Positions 26,619 to 37,544 of a DNA stretch of 64,000 nt are shown here, in pieces (position 1 is the first letter of the stretch; each line of letters starts with the position of its first letter). The notes beneath the pieces are model-generated. The model was not told where the DNA came from. It did no database searches and saw only the letters and a program-made list of their open reading frames with translations. Location of the stretch: assembly GCA_018646625.1 (NCBI GenBank), contig JABGUJ010000002.1, positions 1 to 64,000 of the forward strand. Reading direction: 5' to 3'. This DNA is from Candidatus Woesearchaeota archaeon (GTDB taxonomy: Archaea; Nanobdellota; Nanobdellia; Woesearchaeales; JABGUJ01). The translations under genes and the position numbers were made by a program.

Positions 26619-28026
26619 TCATTATCTTCTTTAATTCTGTTATATCTTCTTTGTGAATCCCTTTAATTATATACATTATTGCTAAGTAAATTATTATTCC
26701 TGCAATTAGGTTTATTACAACATGCAATACATTCGCTAAATAGAATACTGCAACCCCCATAATTATTGATGAGATTATTGGTTTTATTGATGACTTGAAT
26801 ATGAGTGAAGATGTGTGTTTTTGTAGATATATTCTAAGTGCAATAAAGATTATTGCTTGAGTTGCTATTGCCGCTATTCCTGCACCTATGATGGAATATT
26901 TAGGTATTAATATTAAATTCAATACTATGTTTATTATTGCTGCAATAAGAATAATTATGGTGTGTACCTGTTGTTTGTTGATTGCATTCACTGTTGTTGC
27001 GAGTATATAATTCAGAAACATAATTCCTAATGCCCAAACTAGTATTTGCACACCTATTGTTGCATTCACAAACTCAATGGAGAATAATAAGACTACAAAC
27101 TCTTTTGCAAGCAAGGTTGTGCCAATCATCATTGGCCAGATAATAATGGAGATAATTCTTGTTGAATTATTAAATATCCTGTTTAGGTTTTCTTTCGATT
27201 TCTTAAAGTTAATCGACATCTGTGGTAGAATGGATTCTGATAGTGCAATGGGTATGAACAATAATGAGTATATCATTGTTGTTGCTGCTCCGTACCATCC
27301 AACTACTTCATCTCCTTTGAAGAATGATAGTATGATTACGTCAATTCTGAAATATAGTGCGATGAGTAATGCGGTTATCATGAAGGGGGCTGACTCTTTT
27401 AATATCTTTTTTGTTAGAGCTATGTCTGGTTTCAAGTTTGGTCTTGAGAACTTTGTAGATCCGATAATGAATGTTGCTGCTAAGTATACTATGCTTAGGA
27501 TGAGAAATGCCATCAATAAACTAACAATGTTTGGGTTGGTTAATAATATCAATAGTCCTACTAAAACTACTGCTATTCTATAAACTACTAATAGAATTGC
27601 TTCATATTCCATTTGCTCATATGCTTTGAAAGTTGATCTATACGCCAAAGCAATAAATTCAACAAATGTGTATAGTGCTACCAAATACGCAATATTCTTT
27701 GTTGCTTGAGGATAGTCTAGTACGTTAACTACAATAACTAGGAGAATAAATGTAATTATTGAAAGAACTAATTTTATGTTTAACGCATTACCTATATATT
27801 CTGCAGCTTGTTTCTTCTTTCTAGATATTTCTCTTATCAAATAGGTATTTAATCCGAAATCTGCAACTGTTGCGAAGATAACTGCTAAAGATAATGCGAA
27901 GGTATATTTTCCAAAAACTACATCTCCTAGAGTTCTTGCCATTACAAATAATAGAATGAATGAAAGTAGATTGTTTAATGCATTTGATGCTATTAACAGC
28001 GTAGTGTTTCTACTTATCTTTTTCAT
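26608..28026 (-). CDS. Wzx-like oligosaccharide flippase
   Basis: ARTLG..FGKY.FA, DFGL....REIS, RID...L...G..VGWY..A and NLILIP.Y...GA; 12-14 TM segments. Confidence 0.92.
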   Translation of the reverse strand: MKKISRNTTLLIASNALNNLLSFILLFVMARTLGDVVFGKYTFALSLAVIFATVADFGLNTYLIREISRKKKQAAEYIGNALNIKLVLSIITFILLVIVVNVLDYPQATKNIAYLVALYTFVEFIALAYRSTFKAYEQMEYEAILLVVYRIAVVLVGLLILLTNPNIVSLLMAFLILSIVYLAATFIIGSTKFSRPNLKPDIALTKKILKESAPFMITALLIALYFRIDVIILSFFKGDEVVGWYGAATTMIYSLLFIPIALSESILPQMSINFKKSKENLNRIFNNSTRIISIIIWPMMIGTTLLAKEFVVLLFSIEFVNATIGVQILVWALGIMFLNYILATTVNAINKQQVHTIIILIAAIINIVLNLILIPKYSIIGAGIAAIATQAIIFIALRIYLQKHTSSLIFKSSIKPIISSIIMGVAVFYLANVLHVVINLIAGIIIYLAIMYIIKGIHKEDITELKKIMTKN

Positions 28027-29425
28027 CTTTAACGGTTAGTGCGAGTGTTATAAAAAATAGTAATGTTATTTCTTGATAAAAGAAGATATGTTCGACTAAT
28101 CCTTGAACTAATAGTGCAAATATTCCCGAATACAAGCCTATATTGAGTGTGCTGGTTTTATGTTTCAAAGGATATTTGAAAAGTGTTAATAACATCCATA
28201 TAAGTACTGCGAGCACTATTAGCCCTGATTCAATTGCAATATTCAGAAATACATTATGCGCGTGCTGTGCATTCTTTGCATCAGGGAAGTTTTCTTTGTA
28301 CTCTGGTATGAATGATCCGACGCCATATCCGTGTAGAGGACTTTCTTTTATCATTTGTAGTGAATCAGTCCATATTGGTACTCTGCCTGCTAAACTTGGA
28401 TTAATGGTTCTTTCTTTGAGAATAAAATAAGATACTGGTGCTGAGATGATTAGTAGTAGTACAATTGCAATGGCTCCAGTTAATATTTTGTTTTTATTTG
28501 TTAGTTTTGTTTTTAGGATTGTGAATAGTACTAAACCTGCGATTAACCCTAGCCATGCACCTCTAGATGCGGTTAAAAAAAGACATACAACTCCTATGAG
28601 TGTTAAGAGAATCAAAGGTATTTTTATTTTTATTTTCTTTACATAGAATGTTAGTGCAATTAAAAGTGGAGTTACTAGTACTAAATATTCTCCTAAGATG
28701 TTTGGATTTCTAAATGTTGAAGATAATCTTTTTTGATAGTATGTGTCGGATGTTGATAATATGTGGGAGCTAATGCTTTTTATTTTAGGAAATAAAAATT
28801 CGGCAATGCCGTAAAGTGTAACGATCGCATATCCTATAACTAGTGCAATGATTGCTTTCTTTTTTTCAATTGGATTATTAAGAATATAGAAGTACATAAT
28901 TATTGCAACAAGCATATGGATAAACATAACTAATCCGTATAGTACATAATTTGATCCTTCAGTTACTAATTCGTATGTATTTGTTATTAATGAGGTTTTA
29001 TCTTGAAGGTGTGTGCTTATTGTGGGTACTGATGGTATGAGTGATACAACTAAAAGAATTGCAAAAATAATTAGGGGTACATTAAGTCTTGATTTCTTAA
29101 ATTTTATTTCTTTAGCTGAGATTAATTCTGTAACCCACTTTAATATTAACAGATATGCGAGTATGTCTGTGATTGGTACTGGAAACTTAGCAATAAATGG
29201 TTCAAAGTGAAGTGATATTGGGATTATTACTAATAATAGATAAAAAGCGTATTCTTTCTTTTTCCACACAAATAGTGCTAGAATTGCTATCAATGCGATT
29301 GTTGATAGTTTTGAGGTTGCACTAATTATTGACAGCACTAGAGCCCCTGTAATGCCCATAATTGGTAGAATTAGAAGAGCTTTACTAATTGGATTGTATT
29401 TTTTAGGTATCTTCCAATAGTTCAT
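28010..29425 (-). CDS. O-antigen ligase/Wzy_C-family membrane protein
   Basis: STFRNPNILG, LTASRGAWLG, R.PIW....MIKESPLHGYGVG and HAHNVFLNIAIESG. Likely start at 29425 (the ORF is open from 29506). Confidence 0.88.
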   Translation of the reverse strand: MNYWKIPKKYNPISKALLILPIMGITGALVLSIISATSKLSTIALIAILALFVWKKKEYAFYLLLVIIPISLHFEPFIAKFPVPITDILAYLLILKWVTELISAKEIKFKKSRLNVPLIIFAILLVVSLIPSVPTISTHLQDKTSLITNTYELVTEGSNYVLYGLVMFIHMLVAIIMYFYILNNPIEKKKAIIALVIGYAIVTLYGIAEFLFPKIKSISSHILSTSDTYYQKRLSSTFRNPNILGEYLVLVTPLLIALTFYVKKIKIKIPLILLTLIGVVCLFLTASRGAWLGLIAGLVLFTILKTKLTNKNKILTGAIAIVLLLIISAPVSYFILKERTINPSLAGRVPIWTDSLQMIKESPLHGYGVGSFIPEYKENFPDAKNAQHAHNVFLNIAIESGLIVLAVLIWMLLTLFKYPLKHKTSTLNIGLYSGIFALLVQGLVEHIFFYQEITLLFFITLALTVKDEKDK

Positions 29426-29530
29426 CCTTTCGTTCTGGTGTTTTCCATTTATAAATGTATTCATCTTATTCGCCCAATCCTTCTTTTTTAGGCCTTGTAG
29501 GTGCAATATTTAGTTTATCGTCACTAACAA

Positions 29531-30361
29531 ATGAAAAACTATTTAAAGGCTCCTTTCTGCGTGTATATTAAAATGGCAAGAACAAATTCACATTTAATTG
29601 ATTCTAAAGGACGTCTTTTTGGAAAGATCAATGTTATAGATGCTTTAGTTTTTTTATTCATTATTCTGGTTGTAGTAGCAGGATTAAGGTTTGCTTTTTT
29701 TGGACCTGAACCCCAGATGACTATGGTCAAATTAGAACTAAAGAATCAACCTGATTACATTTATGATAATTTACATGTTGGTGATATTCTTCTTTTGAAT
29801 GATAATAATAATTCTATGATTGTTGATATTGCTGTAACTTCAAAGAAAGGCTCTGAGCGTGATTTGTTGATTCTTGCTGATTTGGATGCTGAAGTTGATG
29901 ATGTGAAGATCTTTTTTGGAAATCAAGAATTAAAAGTTGGCAAAACAATTAAGTTGGCAACTCCTTTTGTGGAATTTGTACCCACCATTGTTAGTTTTGG
30001 TAACGATCTGGGTGAAATTACTACGGATAATAAGATTGTAACTGTTCTTTTTGAAAACGTTAAGCCTTGGATTGCTGACTCATTAATTGTTGGAGCGAAG
30101 CAAGAAGTTCAAGGAGATGTTGTAGCTTCTTTACTGAGTAAGGATATTACTCCTGCAAAAATGGTAGTGCAAAGTGAAGCTGGAGACGTATTCCTAAGAG
30201 ATCATCCTCTTAATAAAGATGTTCGGGCTACTGTAGAAATCAGCAGTCAAAATATGAACAACTATAACTACTTTCAAGGATCTGAAGTATTTGTAGGCGG
30301 GTCGCTTACTTTTTATTTTGATGGTCTCACTGTCAGTGGTCATGTAATAAACCTTGAATAA
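29531..30361 (+). CDS. DUF4330-like protein (single TM, duplicated beta domain)
   Basis: LIDSKGRLFGKINVID followed by a TM segment and two internal repeats (L.VG...; ELKVG / EVFVG). ATG at 29573 is the likely start. Confidence 0.75.
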   Translation: MKNYLKAPFCVYIKMARTNSHLIDSKGRLFGKINVIDALVFLFIILVVVAGLRFAFFGPEPQMTMVKLELKNQPDYIYDNLHVGDILLLNDNNNSMIVDIAVTSKKGSERDLLILADLDAEVDDVKIFFGNQELKVGKTIKLATPFVEFVPTIVSFGNDLGEITTDNKIVTVLFENVKPWIADSLIVGAKQEVQGDVVASLLSKDITPAKMVVQSEAGDVFLRDHPLNKDVRATVEISSQNMNNYNYFQGSEVFVGGSLTFYFDGLTVSGHVINLE

Positions 30362-30833
30362 AATGTCTTTTTTTTTAGATTTAGGTTCTACTCTGCGTGT
30401 TTACGTTGGGCGGATATGGTCTGGTAGCAATCTTAATAGTAGTTTTAATGCATTTTTCTCTAAATATCCTGATTATTTACTTTCTGCATTGGTGATGAGA
30501 CGGTCTTCACTGGTTTGTTGCTTTGTTGAATCAAAATATCTTGTTAAATTTAAGAACGTGGGATCTCGATTTATTGGTATTTTCAAAGAAAGTGCACTTG
30601 TGACTTGTTGTAAAAGAGTTAGTTCTGATTTTTATGCTGACTCAATGAAATTTGTTTTTTCACTTATATTGTTAAGTTTAGTCCTAAATTTCTCTCTTTG
30701 GTTACTATTGGCCGAGGTAACCTTATTTGGAGTTGTATTAAGAATTCTATTAATTTTAATTGCCGTTCTTATATTATCTCTTAGACATTTACAATCTAAT
30801 TCGATAACTTGTTCGATCACGAGGTTAAAATGA
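30354..30833 (+). CDS. Hypothetical membrane protein
   Basis: 159 aa with two C-terminal TM segments; overlaps both neighbours within the operon. Confidence 0.5.
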   Translation: MNKMSFFLDLGSTLRVYVGRIWSGSNLNSSFNAFFSKYPDYLLSALVMRRSSLVCCFVESKYLVKFKNVGSRFIGIFKESALVTCCKRVSSDFYADSMKFVFSLILLSLVLNFSLWLLLAEVTLFGVVLRILLILIAVLILSLRHLQSNSITCSITRLK

Positions 30834-32110
30834 ATAAGAAAATAATGGATTACTTATTTGTTAACCGTAGTAGTAAACAAACTGTGATGAAGAATACTTT
30901 CTGGTTATTTCTTGCTGATGGAGTTAATAAAGTAACATTATTAATTCTTACAATCTTACTTGCGCGTTATCTAGGTGTGGCGGGATATGGTAAATTCAGT
31001 TTTGCACTTAGTTTCGCAGCTTTGTTCACAATTATTGCCAGTTTTGGAATTAATACTCTAACTGTACGTGAGCTGGCGCGCACGAAATCTTCGCACAATA
31101 ACTACCTTAATAATCTATTATTTCTTAAGTGTGTTCTGGCTATTATTGCTATTGTTTTTATAGCACTAGCTTCAACATTTGCTGGTAAGAACTTTGAACA
31201 TCAATTACTAATCTTTGTTTTAGGTTTATATGTAATATTCAACAATTTCAGTGATTTCTTTAGGGCGGTGTTCAAAGCATTCGAGAAGATGCAATATGAG
31301 GCACTGTCTAAAGTGGTGCAGTCGATTATATTATTAATTCTAGTTCTCTTATCTTTCTACTTGCGTGTTTCTATTAATTGGATTGCTGCTTGTTATGTTG
31401 CGGCTAGTGTGATTGGTTTGCTAGTCACGGGTTTGTTAATTCATACGAAGTTTAGTGGTTTGAGATTTAAATTTGATGCTATTATTTGTAGGCGAATATT
31501 GTCAGAATCTTGGCCATTTGCATTAAGTAGTGTCTTCTTTTTCATATACTTTAGTATTGATACTGTGATGCTTTCATTTATGCGTGGAGATGTTGAGGTT
31601 GGTACATACTCAGTTGCATATTCTTTGATTGCTGCATTATATTTTATTCCTTATCTTATGTCAATGCCTTTTTTTCCTAAGATGTCTAAGTTGTTTGGTG
31701 GTGTAAAGTCCAAAATCAATAGTTTACTTAAGCATTGGTACTCTAATTTAATTCTAGTGTTAGTTCCTTTGTTTATTCTAACTTTTATTTTTGCAGATGA
31801 TATTATTCTTTTATTGTATGGCTATAATTATTCTAAGTCTATATTGGTGTTCAGGATACTACTTATTTCACTCATCTTCAAATTTATGTCACACCCTCCT
31901 GCGTTCTCTTTGTCTGCTTTTAATCAACAGAAGAAACGTATTCTTGTTCAAGGAGTTGTGGCGTTGTTTAATGTGGTTACTAATTTAATTTTTATTCCAA
32001 TATATGGATTTCTTGGTGCGGCAGTTACAACTGTCGCTAGCGAGTTCTTACTATTATTATTGTATAATTTTATATTCTTTAAATCGATTAACGGCGGTGT
32101 GACTAAATGA
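30830..32110 (+). CDS. Wzx-like oligosaccharide flippase
   Basis: KNTFWL, ARYLGVAGYGKFSFA, FGI....RELAR, IDTVML...G..EVGTY and NLIFIPIYGFLGAA. Confidence 0.92.
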   Translation: MNKKIMDYLFVNRSSKQTVMKNTFWLFLADGVNKVTLLILTILLARYLGVAGYGKFSFALSFAALFTIIASFGINTLTVRELARTKSSHNNYLNNLLFLKCVLAIIAIVFIALASTFAGKNFEHQLLIFVLGLYVIFNNFSDFFRAVFKAFEKMQYEALSKVVQSIILLILVLLSFYLRVSINWIAACYVAASVIGLLVTGLLIHTKFSGLRFKFDAIICRRILSESWPFALSSVFFFIYFSIDTVMLSFMRGDVEVGTYSVAYSLIAALYFIPYLMSMPFFPKMSKLFGGVKSKINSLLKHWYSNLILVLVPLFILTFIFADDIILLLYGYNYSKSILVFRILLISLIFKFMSHPPAFSLSAFNQQKKRILVQGVVALFNVVTNLIFIPIYGFLGAAVTTVASEFLLLLLYNFIFFKSINGGVTK

Positions 32111-33417
32111 GACGGATGATTGCAAATTATATCAAAGTACGACCAACTTTGAAAATGAAGTACTATGCTCTGAGAAAAGTATTGAAGGGTGAGTTATCTA
32201 TCAAAACAGTTCTCTCTAATTTTCAAAGAAAAATAAAACTCAAATCAGGTTTAGTCAGGCGAGAATCTGTCAGTTTAGATAATCTTATGATTGGTCAACA
32301 AGCAGGCATTCCTTTAGAGCAATGGATAGAGAAAACGAAAGAGTATTCTCGTATCTCGGTTCTTTTATCTGAATCCCCTTATGTAGATATATTAAGATTG
32401 ATAGATGAGAATCCAGCTATTCTTAACAATAAGAGTGAGATCGTGAATACCTCTTACTATAAAATGTGTGATGTTTGTATAAAGCATACTGGACATTTCA
32501 TGGGTAAAAAAACCAGCCGAGGTATTCTCTCATGGATTGGTGAGTATTATGCATTTTATCAGAAGATTAAGAAAGGATCGTGTTGTAAAACTTCTTCTGA
32601 ATTTTCTAACGAAGGCCATTCGAAGGTTGATGATTTAATTCAAGTGTTTAAATTGAATAACTCTGAGTATTACGAAATTGTTGATGGCCATCATAGGTGT
32701 GCAATATATTATCTTCTTGGAAAGAAGACTATTAAATCCAAAGTTCTTGGAGATAAATTTAGCTATTTACAGAGAATTATATTGGGGAGTAAACAAGTAT
32801 TTGATTATGAGGTCTATCAGCCTTTAGATGCGCCTGAAGTTCGAGATTGGCGTCTGGTGAGGGGTTGTGATGACCGTCTATCTATGATGTTCAGTTTTCT
32901 TAAGAAAAAGAAGATTGCAGTATCGCGTATTAGTTATGCAGATCTTCCTTGTTCTTATGGGTATTTTCTTAGCGCTTATAAGAAAAAAGGATCTAAAGTG
33001 AGAGGTATTGATCTTGATAATAGTTCTTTGAGAATTGCAAGAGAGATTAATGGTTTGACTGAGAAAGAAGTAAATAAAGCAGATATCATGACTTTCCTTA
33101 AATCTTCTAAGAGATATGATGTGGTTTCTTGCCTTAGTTTACTTCATCATTTTGCACTTGGAGTTGTTCCAGGTTCTTATGTAAGTCTCCTCGAGAAACT
33201 TGATAAGGTGACTAAGAAAGTACTATTTCTGGATACTGGTCAAGCGCATGAAAAGCAATACAAGGGGAAACTTGATGAGTGGACTGATGAATTTATTATT
33301 TCTGAGATTCTTCGTCATACTTCATTTAAGAAAGTAATTGTATTGGGGAAAGATCATGATAATGTTGGAACACAAAAAGGGGACAATGCTAGAACTTTGT
33401 TTGCATGTGTGAAATAA
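32107..33417 (+). CDS. ParB/Srx-like domain fused to a class I SAM-methyltransferase-like domain
   Basis: YEIVDGHHRCAI (ParB/sulfiredoxin-type motif); C-terminal YADLPCSYGYF, VRGIDLD and YDVVSCLSLLHHF. Confidence 0.65.
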   Translation: MRRMIANYIKVRPTLKMKYYALRKVLKGELSIKTVLSNFQRKIKLKSGLVRRESVSLDNLMIGQQAGIPLEQWIEKTKEYSRISVLLSESPYVDILRLIDENPAILNNKSEIVNTSYYKMCDVCIKHTGHFMGKKTSRGILSWIGEYYAFYQKIKKGSCCKTSSEFSNEGHSKVDDLIQVFKLNNSEYYEIVDGHHRCAIYYLLGKKTIKSKVLGDKFSYLQRIILGSKQVFDYEVYQPLDAPEVRDWRLVRGCDDRLSMMFSFLKKKKIAVSRISYADLPCSYGYFLSAYKKKGSKVRGIDLDNSSLRIAREINGLTEKEVNKADIMTFLKSSKRYDVVSCLSLLHHFALGVVPGSYVSLLEKLDKVTKKVLFLDTGQAHEKQYKGKLDEWTDEFIISEILRHTSFKKVIVLGKDHDNVGTQKGDNARTLFACVK

Positions 33418-33420
33418 ATA

Positions 33421-34794
33421 ATGGCTAATAATAATTTGAGTGTGGAATCGCGTATTTTCATTTTGATAGGGGGTATTTTGATTGCATTAATCTCATTATA
33501 CGCTCCTGTGTTTTTATTTGTTATTGTGCCGTTGTTATTGGTTTTTATCTTTAAGAACAAATTTAAAGATCATTTCTTTATTTATCTTTTAGTTATTTTC
33601 TTTCTACCTTTTAGAGGGATAGATATATTGTTTTTCAAAATAAGTGACTTTTTAATAATTATTTTATTGATTATGTTAATCTTATCTAAAAAACGAATGA
33701 AATGTTTGGTGCCTAAAGATATAATTATAGTTCTGGTTGTTTTTATTGCATATGTTGTGTTAAACACACTATTTGCATCACATTTTATTGACGGATTAGT
33801 ACAACTAATTAGATATCTTCTTTTGTTCATATTTTTCCTGTTAAGCACCGTATTAATTGATACCAAACGAAAATTAATGAAATCGATTTATGTTTTTATT
33901 TCAGGTGCTTTGGTGTCTGCAGTTATAGGTTTAGTTGCGGCGGGCGCTTGGTTTAACGGATTACGATTTAATGGTGTTGACACTTTTTTAATTAAAATCT
34001 GGCCCTTTCTTCATGGTTCGGAGTTAAGGATCATGCCCTTTTATACTGATCCAAATCACTATGCGAGTTTGTTACTCGTTCCATTGATTTTCATTTTTAC
34101 TTACTCTTTACTTGCTAAGTTGAATAAACGAGATTATGCATTATCTATTTCTGCATTTATACTTCTAGCTTCCGCATTTATTTTAACGATCTCTAGGAGT
34201 GCTTTATTGGCGCTGGGTTTGGTGTTTTTAATAATTCCATTTTTCGCACGTAAGCGGTGGATCTCAGCTATGTGGGCAGTTTTGCTACTCTTGATAATTC
34301 CTTTGTCACTATTTAATATAGGTGTAATTGGTGATGTGGGTATTCAAACTCTTCAAAAGTATCGTTATGGTGTTAATGCTGATTACGATTCAAGACAAGA
34401 TATTTGGAATTCAGGTTTTAATATGTTATCTGATAACTCTCTTGTTGGTGTAGGTTTGAATGGCTTCCAGTACAATATTCTTAAGTATAAAGAAATTGAT
34501 GCGAGAATATCTCACAAACAATTCTTCCCTCATAATATATACCTTAAATCTTTAACTGAGACTGGTTTAATAGGTTTTATTTTGTTTATACTACTCATAG
34601 GAGTTTTTTTACGTAATGCATTAAGAAATGCGATATTTTGTAATGGCTGCCTGTCTTTTGCAATTCTTTTTGCAATATTGGGGCTTTTAGTTCAAGGCTT
34701 TTTTTTAGATTTATTTACTGCGAGACATCTTTGGTTTGTATTTGCATTGGTTGTTGTAGTTGGTAATTTAGGGGGTGACTCTGTTGAAAGTTAG
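33421..34794 (+). CDS. O-antigen ligase/polymerase (Wzy_C) family membrane protein
   Basis: DPNHYA, LTISRSA, SR.DIW...GVGLNGF and PHNIYLKSLTETGLIG. Confidence 0.88.
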   Translation: MANNNLSVESRIFILIGGILIALISLYAPVFLFVIVPLLLVFIFKNKFKDHFFIYLLVIFFLPFRGIDILFFKISDFLIIILLIMLILSKKRMKCLVPKDIIIVLVVFIAYVVLNTLFASHFIDGLVQLIRYLLLFIFFLLSTVLIDTKRKLMKSIYVFISGALVSAVIGLVAAGAWFNGLRFNGVDTFLIKIWPFLHGSELRIMPFYTDPNHYASLLLVPLIFIFTYSLLAKLNKRDYALSISAFILLASAFILTISRSALLALGLVFLIIPFFARKRWISAMWAVLLLLIIPLSLFNIGVIGDVGIQTLQKYRYGVNADYDSRQDIWNSGFNMLSDNSLVGVGLNGFQYNILKYKEIDARISHKQFFPHNIYLKSLTETGLIGFILFILLIGVFLRNALRNAIFCNGCLSFAILFAILGLLVQGFFLDLFTARHLWFVFALVVVVGNLGGDSVES

Positions 34795-35674
34795 CTACAT
34801 AATTCTAACTTGTAATCGGAGTGATGAATTGTTAGAGTGCATTAAATCAATTAAATCTCAGACCTATCGTAATCAAGAGATAGTTTTGATAGATAATGGG
34901 TCGAAAGAAGATCAAACGAAGTTCATCTCTACAAAGTTTAAGAGAGTAAAGTGTGTTAGATTAAAAACTAATACAGGTGTGTGTGCAGGTAGGAATGTGG
35001 GGATTAAGCACGCATCTGGTGATATTCTGGTCTTTTTAGATGATGATGAAATCTTGCCGTCGAAATATGTGACTAAACGTATTGTTGATAAATTTAAATC
35101 CGACTCATCTATTGGTGTATTGACATTTAAAGTTGTAAATTTTTTTGATAAAAAAGTTGAGCGGCGTACAATACCGAGTAAGAATAAAGAATTAGCGGAA
35201 TCTGAATTTGAAACAAGTTATTTTTTGGGTGGTGCGAATGCAACTCGTAAGGAAGTATTCAATGAATGCGGATTGCTTGCAGAACGATTCTTTTACAGTA
35301 TGGAAGAATCAGATTTGTCCTATAGAATTATGAAAACGAATCATAGAATAGTTTATTATCCTAAGATTAAGTTTATTCATAAACATAGCCTTAAGCAAAG
35401 AAAAGCTTGGCAACATATTTATTATCCTTTTCGAAATCGAATCTGGATGATTACTAAGTATTTACCTTGGAGATATGCATTATCTCAACTGATTATTTGG
35501 GGGGCCTATTACTTTCAATTAAGTCTTCGTCAAGGATTTATTAGATATTATTTTAAATCAATTTATGATGGATTTAATGGGTTAAATACTTCTTTGAGAT
35601 TGCGAGAAGAGTTTAGGCTGGATTCTGTTGCAATTAGAAAGATTAAAAAATTAAATGGGAGGTTGTTATACTAA
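34775..35674 (+). CDS. Glycosyltransferase family 2
   Basis: IILTCNR, IDNGS, GRNVG, FLDDD and EESDLSYR. Confidence 0.92.
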   Translation: MTLLKVSYIILTCNRSDELLECIKSIKSQTYRNQEIVLIDNGSKEDQTKFISTKFKRVKCVRLKTNTGVCAGRNVGIKHASGDILVFLDDDEILPSKYVTKRIVDKFKSDSSIGVLTFKVVNFFDKKVERRTIPSKNKELAESEFETSYFLGGANATRKEVFNECGLLAERFFYSMEESDLSYRIMKTNHRIVYYPKIKFIHKHSLKQRKAWQHIYYPFRNRIWMITKYLPWRYALSQLIIWGAYYFQLSLRQGFIRYYFKSIYDGFNGLNTSLRLREEFRLDSVAIRKIKKLNGRLLY

Positions 35675-35676
35675 AA

Positions 35677-36810
35677 ATGATTGAGCTATTATTTGTGCTA
35701 TCTTTGGCTTTGGTCTTATATTTATACTTTGGATATCCTTTGATAATTAGTTTTCTAACTCTCTTTTGTTCTAGAACTGGTGAGAAGTCTTCTGTACTTC
35801 CTAGTGTGACTTTGTTGATGTCTGCATATAATGAAGAAGCAGTTATTGAAAAAAAGATAAAAAATTCTTTGGCGTTAGATTATCCTAAGAAAAAATTACA
35901 AATTATTGTTGTGAGTGATGGTTCTTCTGATAAAACTGATGCCATTGTAAAAAAGTATGGATCTAAAGGGATTATTTTAAACAGAGTTGAAGGTAGAGGT
36001 GGCAAGAACGTTGCTATAAACAAAAGCATGCAGCTTGTTAAAGGCGAAATTGTTGTATTTTGTGACACGAACTCTATGTATGAAAAGAATGCGATTAATG
36101 AATTAGTTTGTTACTTTTCTAATAAACAAGTTGGGTGTGTTTCGGGAGAACTAAGATATTTAGATGCGAAAACTGGTGTTGGTAAGGGTGAAGGTTTATA
36201 TTGGAAATATGAACAATTTATAAAAAAGCAAGAAAGTAAACTAGGCCAACTGCTCTCTGCAAATGGTGCTATCTTTGCGGTTAGAAGAAAGCTGTTTAAA
36301 CAACTTAATCCGAAGGTTGCTAATGATTTTCAAACACCTCAAGATGTTGCAAGTCAAGGTTACAAAGTTGTTTATGCCCCAAAAGCTATTGCGTTTGAGA
36401 GGACGGCTGAGTCTGCTAAAGAAGAGTTTAATAGGAAGACTAGAATAATTGCTAGAGGTTTTGAAGGATCTTTTATTTTATTTGATAAGTTTACTGGATT
36501 CAGATTCTTTGAATGGTTTTGTCATAAGTTTCTAAGATGGTTAGTTTGGATATTCCTAGTTGTACTGTTTATCTCTAATGCATTTTTGCTTGATGTTCTA
36601 GTGTTTAGATGGTTATTTTATCTTCAAATCTTATTTTATTTTATAGCATTATTGGGTCCACTATTGTCAAAAACAAAGCTACCTTTGGTTTCAGTACCTT
36701 ATTATTTTTGTATGGTTAACATTGCAGCAATGATTGGTTTATTCAAGTTTATTACTAGAAAACAAAAAGCAAGTTGGGAACCGCCTAAATCTACTAGGAG
36801 GGAGGATTAG
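35677..36810 (+). CDS. Glycosyltransferase family 2 (membrane-anchored, CESA-like)
   Basis: SAYNEE, VSDGSSD, GK, FCDTN, YWKYE and HKFLRW; N- and C-terminal TM segments. Confidence 0.92.
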   Translation: MIELLFVLSLALVLYLYFGYPLIISFLTLFCSRTGEKSSVLPSVTLLMSAYNEEAVIEKKIKNSLALDYPKKKLQIIVVSDGSSDKTDAIVKKYGSKGIILNRVEGRGGKNVAINKSMQLVKGEIVVFCDTNSMYEKNAINELVCYFSNKQVGCVSGELRYLDAKTGVGKGEGLYWKYEQFIKKQESKLGQLLSANGAIFAVRRKLFKQLNPKVANDFQTPQDVASQGYKVVYAPKAIAFERTAESAKEEFNRKTRIIARGFEGSFILFDKFTGFRFFEWFCHKFLRWLVWIFLVVLFISNAFLLDVLVFRWLFYLQILFYFIALLGPLLSKTKLPLVSVPYYFCMVNIAAMIGLFKFITRKQKASWEPPKSTRRED

Positions 36811-36814
36811 TATT

Positions 36815-37501
36815 ATGGTAGATCATTCGAGAACTTATAAGATTAAGTCAGTTCGTAACGCTCCTCATATTTCCCGCTTAAAGAACATATTATCTATCTT
36901 AGATTCAAAGCCTAAGATTTGTGGGAAATCATATTGTGATGTTGGTTGTAGCAATGGATATATTACTGATATTATTATGAAGCGGTACCGATTATCTGAA
37001 GTGGTTGGTTTTGATCATAGTAAAGATAATCTTAAAGTGGCTCGAGCATTATATTCTGCAATATCTTTTAGAAATATTAATCTGAATCGTACTATAGTTT
37101 CAAATAAGAAATTTAATCTTGTGACTTGTTTTGAAACTCTTGAGCATGTTGGTAATGTTGAATCTGCGCTTAAGAACATACTCAATCTAAAAGATAAAAA
37201 TGGTTGTGTCTTAGTAACTGTGCCAATAGAGATAGGTTTTCTTGGGCTAATGAAATTTATAGCAAAAATGTTGATATACAGATATTCTCTCAATGAGTTG
37301 AGTTCTAAGCGGTTCTTTGTCTTAAATTATTTAGGATTTCTTTTGTCTGGTAAACGATTATCGCTTCTTAGAATAAATAAATCAGGTTGGGGATCTCACT
37401 TTGGGTTTGATTATCGCGATGTTGATGATTATTTATTATCAAATAATATCGAATATGAATCATTTAATAATTTCACCACCCGGTTCTATGTGATAAAATA
37501 G
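36815..37501 (+). CDS. Class I SAM-dependent methyltransferase
   Basis: YCDVGCSNG, GFD and FNLVTCFETLEHV; ATG at 36815 follows a GGAGG RBS. Confidence 0.88.
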   Translation: MVDHSRTYKIKSVRNAPHISRLKNILSILDSKPKICGKSYCDVGCSNGYITDIIMKRYRLSEVVGFDHSKDNLKVARALYSAISFRNINLNRTIVSNKKFNLVTCFETLEHVGNVESALKNILNLKDKNGCVLVTVPIEIGFLGLMKFIAKMLIYRYSLNELSSKRFFVLNYLGFLLSGKRLSLLRINKSGWGSHFGFDYRDVDDYLLSNNIEYESFNNFTTRFYVIK

Positions 37502-37544
37502 CTATTTAAAATGAAAATATATTTAAAACGTAAAATAGGAGTAT

